From assembly GCF_006345805.1 (NCBI RefSeq), contig NC_043001.1:8432001-8496000 (forward strand): 64,000 nt of DNA, read 5' to 3'. The DNA comes from Octopus sinensis (lineage: Eukaryota). Position 1 is the first letter of the stretch; the number at the start of each line of letters is the position of its first letter. Position numbers and translations under genes: made by a program. Below, in pieces: positions 39,855-52,300 of the stretch. Below the pieces are notes generated by a model. The model was not told where the DNA came from and did not search any database. It saw nothing but the letters and a program-made list of their open reading frames with translations.

Positions 39855-39902
39855 GTCTCTGATGAAGGGATATTCATAATATACCAGAAACAGCTGTAAG
39901 AC
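39855..39902 (+). ncRNA. Type-I hammerhead ribozyme motif, near canonical
   Basis: GTCT-CTGATGA-AGGGATATTCATAATATACCA-GAAAC-AGCT-GTA-AGAC: helix I GTCT/AGAC, helix II GG/CC + ATATT/AATAT, helix III palindrome ACAGCTGT, GUA triplet, predicted cut after 39898. Confidence 0.8.
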
Positions 39903-39998
39903 CATATCTATATCATTTTCCTTATACATTTCCTGATAACTCCTCATACCCTTGGCTTTGTTATCTCGTTTTGTCTAATATATATATTACATATTATA

Positions 39999-40032
<34 letters not shown>

Positions 40033-40083
40033 CATACGTATGTATATATATAGGTATATATATATGTATATATACATACACAC

Positions 40084-40149
<66 letters not shown>

Positions 40150-40539
40150 CATTATATAGGCAGGTATATAGACAAACGATCTGACAGAAAAACAGACGAA
40201 GGAACATAGAAAGTAAGATTGAGAGAGTGATATCTGCTGTTTCTCTTCTAACCATCACCTTACTTACTTGGGTATTAACATTGTCTATGGCACCTACGCT
40301 ATTTCACAATTATCTTTTAATTGTATTCATATTTCTAGTTCCTTCTCGGTATAAGCGTAATAAAACCCTTGATCGATGCACAGTTTCGGGTCGCATCTCC
40401 GCTACTGTTTCAAGCTGCAAATACTACTCAACTTTTCACATAGAACATTGATGTGCGTGCAGTTACAACTGATCATTGGAGATATGATAAACTTCTTTTC
40501 TTCTTTTTTGGATAATATTAAAAAATATACAGTATTATT

Positions 40540-40617
40540 CTGTTTCTCCTTCACGCGTTTTCCCCTATCGCGGGGGATTTTAAGAACGTAACACCCGCGA
40601 TAGTCGAGGGATTACTG
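40540..40617 (-). mobile_element. Solo pogo/Tigger-like terminal repeat
   Basis: Minus strand TA|CAGTAATCCCTCGACTATCGCGGG; internal 10-bp inverted repeat CTATCGCGGG (40565)/CCCGCGATAG (40594). No partner end found. Confidence 0.55.
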
Positions 40618-41161
40618 TATGTAGAAACCAAGTGCTATGTAAACCGAAAGACAGTAAAACCTCTCTTTTTTTCTATGTGCGTTCGTATGCACACATACAC
40701 ACACATACACAAGCACACGTATATATATGTAAACACTTAGAGAGATATATATATATACTCTCATATATGTATGTACATATTTGTACTTTTCCTACTCTCA
40801 CGACTGTAAAACACCGACAAATAGTTTCTTCCACAGAATATATACAAAGATTGTGGAATATGTATCAACGTATTTATGTATGTATGAATGTGTATATGTA
40901 TAGGAATCGGCCCCCATTTACAGAAAATACAACACCTTATATTATTCAGATAATTATTAGCTTTCAATATTTTATATTTGTTATTTATTTATTTCTCATC
41001 TAGTTTCCACAGTTCTCTTAGTCTTTCAGTCGTCTGTAGTTTCACAGACTTTTTCTTTCTTGAATCTGTTATTGAAACAAAGCGAATATTAATTGGAATT
41101 CGGGATGTAATAAGACTAAATGATGCATAAATAATGTTTAGAATTATGATTATTAACTTAC

Positions 41162-41253
41162 AGAAATTCTGATTGAAAGCAATGATGTATTTCGGAACCG
41201 TAATCCTACTAAAGTATAGACGAATATGCAAGGTAGAAAAATAACAATGGCGT
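41162..41253 (-). other. Candidate 92-nt exon
   Basis: Acceptor tgtgtctttcttgcag| and donor |gtaagt; open frames AIVIFLPCIFVYTLVGLRFRNTSLLSIRIS or RHCYFSTLHIRLYFSRITVPKYIIAFNQNF. Confidence 0.3.
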
Positions 41254-42362
41254 CTGCAAGAAAGACACAATTACACGTGATTTCATTACTTGCACGAGAT
41301 CAGTGTCTAACGAAAAAGACAGCTAAAGCAAAAACATTTCCTCCTTTATCTAAGCACTTCTCAGTATGAATCACAAAAGAAGCAACTTCCTTGTGCATAT
41401 TTTGCCCCAGGATATATATTTCGTTTTATTTATGTCTTTATACAGATAATCGTCCATTCAATTTACACGACTAATTCTTTGTTGCGTTTGTTGTCATTCA
41501 GTCGGATTTCAATATTGTTCCGCAGTAACGGATTCCTATCAATATATATGATCCCAGTAAATAACTAGGCTACCATTCTAATCTTCTTTTCATGCCGAAT
41601 AGCACAAAAGATATATGGACGCCGAAATGTGCGAAAGCAACAGGAAGCTGGAATAATTAGTGCAGTTAATCATGTTTAGAAAGAGAATGCCTATGTCTAT
41701 TAAGAGGAATCTATGGGAAAACAAATCTCATTTAATGTGTCACACATTGGGGAAAATTACTTTTGGTGTTGTTTATAGCTGAAGATAAATATTATATATG
41801 CAGGCTCTTATACGCAATACAAGCTGTTACTAGTTTTAATATATCGTTCGAAAGCAGCCACTTCCGAAATACATAGATTACTATTGGTAATTGAGTTGGA
41901 GAAAGTAATACAGACGAAGATAGAAAGAGAATTTATTGAAGAAAAGCTGCATTTAGAGGAACATCGAGGAAATAAATTCAAGCAATGCAGCCTAAATATG
42001 TGTAAGCGTTTAATAATTAAAATCCTTCATTATTTTAAGATGCGCAGAGTAGATACTTGGTCATATTAGCGTATATATGTAAATGTTTAAAAAACAAAAC
42101 AGAGAAAATTCAATTAGACGAAATACGTACAGACAATTTTTATGGCAGCAGAACATTATGTATGTTGTTGCGATAATGAATAGAAAATGAAATAGTATAT
42201 TACATATACAACACCCTATTCTCGTGTATATAAATTATATATGTGTATCTCTGCCCGTGTATTCTTGTAAAACTCGTATGCTAACCGACATACCACATCT
42301 TTGCTAAGTAAACGAATATATGGTTCAGATGTACTAAGTATAATTTTTCTGTTTATTTTCAG

Positions 42363-42472
42363 ATTGGCATATGCCTTAGAATTAATCACATTTTTGTTAT
42401 TTTGGACAATATTCTTCTAATAATAATCTTACTCATATAATCGATATCAAATCCTTAGTGACTGGGCATGAC
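42363..42472 (+). other. Candidate non-coding exon
   Basis: Acceptor tttttctgtttattttcag| and donor |gtatgt; stops in all three frames. Confidence 0.3.
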
Positions 42473-42760
42473 GTATGTTTAATGAGCAGCAATGCATCTC
42501 AAATTATTATATGTTCGCGTTGAAGAAGTGTTTTTTTTCTTCAACGCGAATATTTAAAAGATTTCATGTTTCATAGATGCTCGTTATATACCTTTGTCAA
42601 CCATGCTTTTATTTTAAACTAAGCGGTGTTTCCCATTTGTTACCACTCATGTAAATAATGAGATGCGTATCATTTATCTCCAGCTATGCCGTTGATTCCG
42701 ATGAACATGTATAGTTGGAATTATTATATTCATAATTATCATTATTTCTCTTTATCACAG

Positions 42761-42844
42761 GTTTTTGTTGGAGCTTGTGGAGTCTGACATGCGTAGCTAT
42801 CTGCAGCCTACCGTATCATGCTGTTCATTCATGTCAGTTTCCCA
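42761..42844 (+). other. Candidate 84-nt exon
   Basis: Acceptor atttctctttatcacag| and donor |gtatga; two open frames (FCWSLWSLTCVAICSLPY.. or FLLELVESDMRSYLQ..). Confidence 0.3.
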
Positions 42845-42849
42845 GTATG

Positions 42850-42895
<46 letters not shown>

Positions 42896-43001
42896 TAATA
42901 ATAATAATTATTATGATAATAATGATAATAATAATGATAATAATAATAATGCTAATAATAATAATAATTATTATTATTATTATTACTATTATTATTAGTT
43001 A

Positions 43002-43060
<59 letters not shown>

Positions 43061-43250
43061 ATATTATTATTATTTCTGGCCTAGTATAAGTCAGGGACAC
43101 ATACTGTATAAATGGGTAGGCCATTAAAACAAGCACACCAGGTCGTTCATTTAGAGTCATTTGGTAGAGAAAAAGCTGAAAGACAGAGAGAGAAAAGAAA
43201 AATATAGAAAAGTAAATAAATAAAATAAAAAGGGGGAAAGGAAAGAAAAT

Positions 43251-44470
43251 TTACTGCGACAATGCTGTTCTCAATACGTGTGATGTACCAGTTAAAACAA
43301 TCTTTTGCATTTCTGCATGGATGGAAAGCCAGAGATTTTCAATTACTTTTTTGAGCATTCCAAGTTCTCTTACAATCACCGATATTGTAACTGTCTTGAG
43401 ATGCCACACCTTTTCGATTTCGATTTATATTTTCTGTGCTTATCAGATTCTTTTTTGGAAGCACATGGCCTAGTGGTTAGAGCAGTAGACGCGCAGTCGA
43501 GGGATCGCGGGTTCAAGTTTCAGACCGAGCGGTGTGAGTGTTTGTGGGCAAAGCACCTAGGCTCCACGCGGCTCCGGCAGAAAGTAGTGGGGAACTTCTA
43601 CTGACTTTTTCGCCACATCTTTCTCTCACTCCTTCCTCCTGCATCTTGCAGCTCACCTGCGACAGACCGACGTCCCGTCCAGGTGGGGAACCTATACGCC
43701 AAGGAAACGGGGAAACTAGCCCTAAGAGCCAGGCATGGCTTATGAATGAACAAACAACATCAAATTCTTTTGCCGAGATATTATGGTCACAGGGTATGAT
43801 CATGTCAATCAATAAACATACATTATTGCTTTGGTCTCTCACAACAATATCTGGTTTATTTGCTTTGATGGTCCGGTGTATATATAATGAGAAATCCCAA
43901 ATAATGATTACATTTTCTCCCTCAATTACAGCCTCAGGGTGGTTCTTGTTCCATTTGTCAGCAGTTTTGATTTTATAATGCCGATACATTATGCAATGTA
44001 GATATTGGCCAACTCGAGCATGTCTTGATTTGTATTGTACTGGTGCTAAAACTTTACATCCAGAGATTAAATGGTTGACTGTTTCTATCATATCGTTGCA
44101 GTAACCGCAGATTGGGTCTACACCATTTTAAACATATTGACTTACTATTTCCAGGTCAATAAGCTCTGATCTTGAGTAGCCAAGATAAAGCCCTCACACC
44201 CTGCATTCTGACCTAAGTGCAGTAGCCACTGGTGGGTGTTCTTCTGCCATGCAGAGGATTTTGTTCCCACCTATCAGCCAATTTTTCAAGCGCATTTTAC
44301 TTTGCTATTGATTTCACATTCTTTGCAAGTACAGTTGGTGCACTTATATCATGCTGTTCAACGTGGGTAATATGCGTAAACTTACTTGAAAAGTGTTTGC
44401 TCTCCTTCATAACAGATTGAAGCATATTACATCTTTCATGGTTTTCAACGAGCTTTTTAGTATCCTTATT
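43251..44470 (-). mobile_element. R4/Dong-like LINE 3' part (CCHC + RLE), interrupted by a SINE
   Basis: WEQNPLHG; CGYCNDMIETVNHLISGC; RHARVGQYLH; IIWDF..RTIKANKPDIVV; NISAKEF. It resumes beyond the SINE with VWHLK...MQKIVLTGTSHVLRTALSQ* (stop 43251). Confidence 0.85.
43457..43759 (+). mobile_element. Full-length tRNA-derived SINE with 12-bp TSD
   Basis: Head TGGCCTAGTGGTTAGAGC...GGTTCAAGT; TSD TCA(G/A)ATTCTTTT at 43443-43454 and 43760-43771. Confidence 0.85.
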
Positions 44471-44664
44471 GTGATTATTATTAATATTATTTTGATTGAT
44501 ATTATTGTTGTTGTTGTTGTTTTTTCCTTCTTTCTTCAAATTTTCTTTCATTTCACGCCGAGTATTTTCCAAACACCTAGGGCAGAGAAGCTCATTGTAT
44601 GCATTCCCAGATTACACACGCAAAATTCACAGGTAAAATATGTATTTAAAAAACTAATAAATAC

Positions 44665-44867
44665 ATAGATTCATGAATGGATGTTGTTTACACAGCTATA
44701 ATGCTCTTCTCAGTACATGAGTCGGTCCAGGTAACACGAATTTTTCCACTTCCTGTAAGGATGGTTAGCCTAGAATCATTTTCAAATATGTTTCAGTACC
44801 TTTTTCTTATCATTCCTAGACATCCTACAATCACTGGTACTGTAGTCGCCTTGAGATGCCACATTTA
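44665..44867 (-). mobile_element. R4/Dong-like LINE extreme 3' fragment
   Basis: MWHLKATTVPVIVGCLGMI..., then PSLQEVEKFVLPGPTHVLRRAL; abuts (CAT)n/(TGT)n. Confidence 0.7.
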
Positions 44868-44880
44868 TCACCATCATCAC

Positions 44881-44959
<79 letters not shown>

Positions 44960-45214
44960 ATCGTTGAGAAGAATGTTGCAGTCACGATCGTGAAATAGTG
45001 GTCCAATACTACATTGTATTAGTATACATAGAAATTTCTTTCATGTTATGAGTTTGTAATTTAGTATATTACTATGTTAGTGATGTAAGAAAACACTATT
45101 AAGTTTGGCCAAAGCATATGACTTGGGTGAGAAGAGGGCATTGTGTTTTTATACCATAATATTTTGGCTTTTTTTCTTTACAAAATATAATTAAAACTCT
45201 CTGACGCGCGGATA

Positions 45215-45608
45215 TCTTTATATATAAAAGAGAGGTTGTGTGTCTGTCTCCTACAATTTAGATTCCTAACTACTCCTACATTTTGCCGTGCAGTTTAACC
45301 AAAACTGGGTATCTTATAGCCGTGATTCATATCGAGCCCTTCTGGGTATTAGCGCGCGTCTACGATGAGTCTACGATTTAAAAAAAAATTTACCATCTGT
45401 TTTACCATTTTTAATGCATGTTTGGCATATATAAGGGAAGTAACTCTCTAAAAATGTATTATTAAATCTCAGAACGTAAAAAGCTACAGTAACACCCCCA
45501 TCCTTTGTGGTTAGCCATATTGAGATGGCTATTATACTTTACATCTCTAAAAATGCTCATATAGTTATTTTCCTTACAAACCTGAGCAACGCCGGGCGAT
45601 ACTGCTAG
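45215..45608 (+). mobile_element. Non-autonomous Helitron, subfamily B
   Basis: A|TCTTTATATATAAAAG...CCTGAGCAACGCCGGG-CGATACTGCTAG|T. Confidence 0.85.
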
Positions 45609-45854
45609 TATATGATATTTTTGAAGTCATAGATTTTTTTCTAAAATTTCAACATAGACGCGTAATTTTAAAAATGGCCGTTTCCGATTAAAGCGGCCTT
45701 TGTAATTGATTTATGTGTATCGTAATTAACTGGGATACAACAGACTGTAGAGCTTCTTCAGCAGTAAAATATTGGTAACGTTAAGGGAAGTAAGAGAATC
45801 GGAAAAGGCAATTTGCTATTGCTCAACAGGATCCGATCTTTGTGCGTTCTCTAG

Positions 45855-45900
45855 GTAGTCATTCGTAATCAAACGTTAAGATATCATCATTCGGAAAGAG
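45855..45900 (+). other. Candidate 46-nt exon
   Basis: Acceptor ctttgtgcgttctctag| and strong donor GAG|gtgagt; open frame VVIRNQTLRYHHSER. Confidence 0.3.
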
Positions 45901-46325
45901 GTGAGTAAATTGATTACATCAGAAGGAATACATGGCATGTAATTACTCAAGAACCGCTTTGCAACTAGAATTAGCAAAGCAAATTGTTCCACGGTGATAT
46001 TTCATTGAGTTGATATATGTTTAAGGTGTATTGGATTAAAACGTGCATTTAAGTGCTTCGAATTTTTTCAGCCCCAACTCCCTATTCTGGTAATTGCTTC
46101 TCATAATCACAGATATATATCTTTCAATGCAGACTGGAATGGAATTTACTCTCTTAAAAGTTACACGTAGTAACGTTCTTGCAGGAGAAGTCAATGTCTG
46201 AACTAAAGCGCTGTTCATAATTCTAAAGCTGTTGCCCATGAGTCAGCTCAGTAATTTCTTAGGCACGGTTTAGCAGCAAAAACAGTTGATATGCGTTATT
46301 AGAAAACATTTATCTATCCAAATAT

Positions 46326-46717
46326 AGGCGTAGCTATGTGGTAAGAAGCTTGCTTTCAAACTACAATTGTTCCAGGTTCAGTCCCACTGCTTAGCACTTT
46401 GGACATCTGTCATCTACTACAGTATCGAGATGACCAAAACTCTAGGAGTGGATATAGTAAACAAAAACTGAAAGAAGCTCGTCATATATGTGTATGTGTG
46501 TATATTTCTTTCAGTGTGTGCATGTGTGTGTGTGTTTGTTCCCCTATCATCGCTTGCAACCGATGTTGTTCACGGCCGCGTAACTTCGTCGTTCGGCAAA
46601 AGAGGCCGATAAAAAAGTAGTAGGCCAACAAAGAATGAATTCTGCGGTCGATTTGGTCGACTCAATGCAGTGCCCCAGTATGGCCTCAGTCAAAAGACTA
46701 AAACAAGTAAATGAATA
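46326..46717 (+). mobile_element. tRNA-derived SINE with internal (TG)n
   Basis: GGCGTAGCTATGTGGTAAGAAGCTTGC head, AACTGAAAGAAGC core, GACTAAAACAAGTAAA tail. Relatives at 47890-47990(-), 48372-48530(-) and 48695-49030(+). Confidence 0.75.
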
Positions 46718-46900
46718 AACGAATAAATGTGTTTAATTATAGCTTCTATAGAGTAAGAGCCAAGAAATATTTGTAATTTGTTTTTTTCTTTGTTTGGTTG
46801 GCTGGTTGCTTGATGGGTTAGTTTATTTCTCTAGTCAAGTTTTACATTGTAGAGAGAGGGAGAGAGAGAGAAGAGGTGAGAAAATAAGATAGATATACAA

Positions 46901-46950
<50 letters not shown>

Positions 46951-47148
46951 GGAGAGACTTAAGAGTTGCAGGCTAAGTGCATATACTGGTCTTGGAACAC
47001 AGAAGTAAAGAAAACAATGCCCACTGCAAACATATTCAGATGCAAAGAACATCAAGACCACTCAGAACGAAAAGGTCCGTCAAGGCAACCCCAATGTCCT
47101 CACAAAAAAAGAACTGGAGATGATTTTTAAAATGAGAATATTTGAAGT

Positions 47149-47535
47149 GGAGTGGAAGCACTCCGTCGGTTACGACGATGAGGGTTCCGGTTGATCCGAT
47201 CAACGGAACAGCCTGCTCGTGAAATTAACGTGTAAGTGGCTGAGCCCTCCACAGACACGTGTACCCTTAACGTAGTTCTCGGGGATATTCAGCGTGACAC
47301 AGAGAGTGACAAGGCCGGCCCTTTGAAATACAGGTACAACAGAAACAGGAAGTAAGATTGAGAGAAAGTTGTGGTGAAAGAGTACAGCAGGGATCACCAC
47401 CATCCCTGCCGGAGCCTCGTGGCGCTTTAGGTGTTTTCGCTCAATAAACACTCACAACGCCCGGTCTGGGAATCGAAACCTCGATCCTACGACCGCGAGT
47501 CCGCTGCCCTAAACACTGGGCCATTGCGCCTCCAC
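47149..47535 (-). mobile_element. Full-length tRNA-derived SINE with 9-bp TSD
   Basis: Minus-strand head GTGGAGGCGCAATGGCCCAGTG...GGTTTCGATTCCC; TSD ATTTGAAGT at 47140-47148 and 47536-47544. Confidence 0.85.
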
Positions 47536-48149
47536 ATTTGAAGTAAACGTGACTGCTCTCACAAACGAGAATACTAAAAATGAACCCGAACGCTATCACC
47601 AATTAAGTAAAAAAAAAACGAAAAATAATCCAGAGGTACATGTTCAAACTCATTGGTAGTCATGGAATGTGAAGCTGGCTATAGAAAATTTAGAAAATTT
47701 AGAAACAATACATCGTTTATCCTTATCTAATACAAACCAAAGTTAACAAATTCCCCATTCAAAATAGTTTCAAAGGCAGAGGTAATAATAATAAGTTTAA
47801 ATGAATAGCATCAGACACTTTGGCTTTCTCTTCTCTTAAACTTCAGCCTTCCTTTAGTATTGCTGTTGTTTAAGATCGATGAATAAATGTACTTGTTTCA
47901 GTCATTTGAATTCAACCATGCTGGAGCACGGCCTTTAGTCCAACAGATCGATCCCAGGACCTATTCTTTGTAAGCCCAGTACTTATTTAGTCTGTCGCGT
48001 TGTGAAACGATGATGAGGGGCAAACGCAGACACAAATAACAAGCACCTACATCCATACATATATTCATAAATACATACACAAACACAGACACACGCGCAC
48101 AGACAAACACATACACGTACTCACCCACACACATACACTCACACACACA

Positions 48150-48242
<93 letters not shown>

Positions 48243-48320
48243 CGGGAATAAAATGGATGCAATCAGAAGAAATTCTCGTTTTCGCTGGTATTTCTTTAAT
48301 TTAGTTAATTAACATACCTA

Positions 48321-48361
<41 letters not shown>

Positions 48362-48371
48362 TATATATATA

Positions 48372-48530
48372 TACACGACAGGCTTCCTTCAGTTTCCGTC
48401 CACCAAATTTCCCCCATAAATATTTGGTGGGCGCGAAACTATAAAAGTAGACACTTACCCAGGGTGGGACTGAACACGGAACCATATAGTTTGGAAGCAA
48501 GCTTCTTAAAACACACCCACCCATGCACCT
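48372..48530 (-). mobile_element. SINE fragment (46326 family)
   Basis: Minus strand TTTTAAGAAGCTTGCTTCC...GGACGGAAACTGAAGGAAGCC. Confidence 0.7.
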
Positions 48531-48694
48531 ATGCGAACTAATTTTCTTTTATTTTTGAAAATCAACATACAATATTCATTTTACCCAAACACATAGTAAT
48601 TTGACAACATTTGAATCAAAATCACTGAATATCTTTTATATTTCAAGATTTCTACGCAGTCGTGGTTATGTCGTAAGAAATTTACTTCTAAATT

Positions 48695-49030
48695 ACAAAG
48701 TACTGGGTTGAGTTCCACTGCGTGGTAGCTTGTGTAATTGTCTTCATGCATAGCCTCAAGCCAAGCAAATTCTTGTGAGTGGATTTCGTTAGCGCTAACT
48801 GAAAGAAGCCCACCGTACATGCGTCTGTATGTGAAATTGTGTCTGTTTGTCCCCGTCAACGCTTAACGACTGGTTTTAGTGTATTTACCTGCTCGTAACG
48901 TAGCAGTTCGGCAGAATAGATGAATGGAATAATTACTGAGTTTAAAATATTAAGTATTTGATTCATTCAACTAAACATTCTTTAGGACGGTGCCGTAGCA
49001 TGACCGTGGCCCAATGACTGAAACGATTAA
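48695..49030 (+). mobile_element. Diverged SINE (46326 family)
   Basis: CTTGTGAGTGGATTT...AACTGAAAGAAGCCC core; ATGACTGAAAC tail. Confidence 0.65.
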
Positions 49031-49988
49031 AAGTAGAAATATTACCCTTTGAGGCAAAGCATACTTTCGAAGTTAAATATTAATTGACAAGGAAACGCTT
49101 AAGGCAAACGATACAGAAATAAAATCTTCCGGGCACAAATTCAATGTTTACATCAGCGCAATAATATTATCTCCTTAAAGCAAAAGTTCATTCTATAAAA
49201 TAGTAATTAAATATAATTTATTTTCTTGAAGAATAATTTCAATTCTCCAAGAAACAAAATAGAAGAGGAATATTCTATTTCAATTCAGAACCATAACATG
49301 ATTTGAAACGTAAATATTGGGACAAAAGAGATCAAAGAAATGGAACACATATTAAATCTTCATCTATGCTATTAAATCATCGGTTATCTAACTCTTCATA
49401 TGAAAAATTGATCAAGAGTCGTGAAAAAGATATTACTGTGACAAAAATACGTCAAGTTATTATGCAAATCTTAAACTTGAAAAATCTACAGTTAGGTACA
49501 GAAACAACACACTCTTCTGGAAACGAACCGAACACACAAAGGATCCAACACTTATTAGAATTCAACGATTTGTGTAACGATAGGACATGGGTATTATTGT
49601 AGTTGGGCTCATACAGCCCCTATGAGTGGGGTTGCGTACTTAATTCAAAACACACACACAAGGATGTTTTTGTATATGTAGTTTTAGAGAGATATCCTGC
49701 TACGTTTTTGAAATTCAGTGAATTCTATGAATTCTGAAGAATGTATACATGTATACATTGTCGAGGAGGACATATAAGTGCTAATGTTCGTAGCAAATCG
49801 TAAAGTAAACGAATTTTCTTAAGTATATGTGTAGTATACATACTTCTATGCTTAGACATATACCCAAACATATAAGTGTGTATACTACACGTATACTTAC
49901 GAAGAAGCGTTTACATTACGATTTGTTACGGACATTCTCACTTATATGTCCTCCTTGGTCATGTATATACACGCGAGCACATACAGAG

Positions 49989-50068
<80 letters not shown>

Positions 50069-50093
50069 ATATATATGTATTTATGTATGTATG

Positions 50094-50147
<54 letters not shown>

Positions 50148-50257
50148 ATATATACACATATATACATATATATGTATATATGTATATATATATATGTACA
50201 CACATATATTTATATAAATATATACATATACATATATACATATATAAATACACACAT

Positions 50258-50294
<37 letters not shown>

Positions 50295-51108
50295 GATATA
50301 TATATATATATATATATATATAGTTTACAAATACTTGAAGTTTACAGAAATATAAAACACGAAGACAATTGTATGAATAACAAGTGGTTTAGTTTGACGC
50401 TCGGGAATGTGAACAATTCTTTTACATCTTGAGCCTACGTTCCTCAAACGAAGGAATAAGAGAAAATAACCAGAGAACGAATGAAAAAACCTGAGGATTT
50501 AGTGCATATATATATAGTTAGTTATGTAGGAATGCAATATCCGATGTGTGTGTGTGACGATGCTATGATCACGACACGCAACATTTATTAGTTTATTACC
50601 TCATTATACCTACTTGTGTAATTAGAGGTAATATTATTACGAAGAGCTACATTAGCTGTATTCGAAAGTGTAATGTTTGCGCAAGATTAAAAAATTTTAA
50701 ATCAGGTAATTTGTGAGTATTCCATTTTGAGTTATCACAAAATTTATGTTGAAAAGGGAAATGCTTCTTGATTAAATAAAAAATACAGCTGCGTTTAATA
50801 TCATACAATCCGTGGTTTGTACTACACGCTTATCTATGTTTGTTAATAATAACTACGTACATAGCATAATGCAATGTATAATTAAAACCAGCACAAACAC
50901 TTCGTTATAACAATTTTTGCTGTTCTGCTATATTTGCTTCTGAGAAGATAAATAAAGTAATCTATACACACACATACACAACATACACATACGCTCGTGT
51001 GAACACACAAATGTTCATGCATATACATGTATATATATATACATGTATACTTGTACCACGTCCTCGCGTTGTTGTGTTTATTCATTGTTTTTTCATGCTT
51101 GGATTAAC

Positions 51109-51198
<90 letters not shown>

Positions 51199-51291
51199 TA
51201 TATATTATATATATATATACATATATATATTATATATATATATAATATATATATATAGTAATAATAATATGTTACATTACTCGATAGTCAT

Positions 51292-51352
51292 GATAAAACT
51301 CTGAGTTTCAGATGCCGAAGTAGGAATCCACAACGCCATCTCATCGGTTATC
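51292..51352 (-). ncRNA. Type-I hammerhead motif of the Penelope pLTR (U4>C)
   Basis: GATAA-CCGATGA-GATGGC-(19 nt)-GCATCT-GAAAC-TCAGA-GTT-TTATC: helix I GATAA/TTATC, helix III ACTC-A-GAGT. Confidence 0.7.
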
Positions 51353-52283
51353 TGGCTATTTGAAAACGATATGAAAAAATACCGTTATACAGAGGGGAAA
51401 TTACTGTGTTATAACTCTGCTTGCCTGCGTACTTATACATCGCTATGTAAACGTACACATCTTCACTCGCATTTTTCGCCATAAAAAATATATAAAAATA
51501 CATAAAAATATATAAAAATATATGAAAATATATAACAATATATAGATAAAATATATATAAAAAATATATGATAGAAGGTATGATGAGGTAAAAAAAAAAC
51601 CCTCTTGGGACATAACATAGAAAGCATGTTCTATCTGTTTTCATTAGGGGACCAAAAACGTAACAGAAATTTAGTCACATATGGGAATGATCCGAAAAGT
51701 TATGTCCTTGAGTTTAGACATGTAGTAGCGTCTAAGTTGCTTTTCCAGATAAGCCATCTCTCCATGTAGCATAGACCGCACCTTCCGCTGCCGTTGGTAT
51801 AGGGCTTACATTTGGCCAAAATCTTCCAATGTATTTATAATCGGCACCTTTATCTTTTAAAGACCAAATATGATTAGATAATTGTGTCGCTTTTGTTTTG
51901 TTCCAGTGCCTAAAACTCAAAGTATGGTTATTGAACCTGGCCTTGAAATTACCCTCTGTAAGGCCCACGTATTTCTTCGTCGAAACGGTGTCTTTAGTTG
52001 TTATAGAGTCTACAGTAGCTTCATATATGATGGTCTTGGACATGCAAGCTCCATTTAGCGGGCACAATTCTTTATTCCTGCATGAACAGCTGTTTTCTTG
52101 TTGTGTTTTTTTATGTTATGTATGATTATATTTTTTAAATTGGTAGTGGAACTAAAACTAATTTTTAAATTGTGTCTATTGAAGAGTTTCCTATAAGTAT
52201 GGTTAACTGGAAAATGTCTATCTATCAGTGCTAGGAAATATTTACCTATATTGAAGGCCACCTCGGGTGAGTAAGGGGGTGTA
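51292..52283 (-). mobile_element. 5'-truncated Penelope-like element: RT-EN linker, GIY-YIG endonuclease and 3' pLTR
   Basis: PPYS..V..NIGKYFLALIDRHFP..H.YRKLFNR.N.KISFS; CPLNGAC...IIYEATV...YVGLTEGNFKARFNNH..SF...TQLSNHIWSLK; then a frameshift to CGLCYMER...LNSRT. HHR at the 3' end; (TA)n flanks. Confidence 0.9.
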
Positions 52284-52300
52284 TATATATATATAATCAA

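Noticed and set aside
46036-46239. IERYISV as a GPCR DRY motif
   Set aside because: The preceding residues are not a hydrophobic TM3 and the ORF is closed by stops with no other TM segments.
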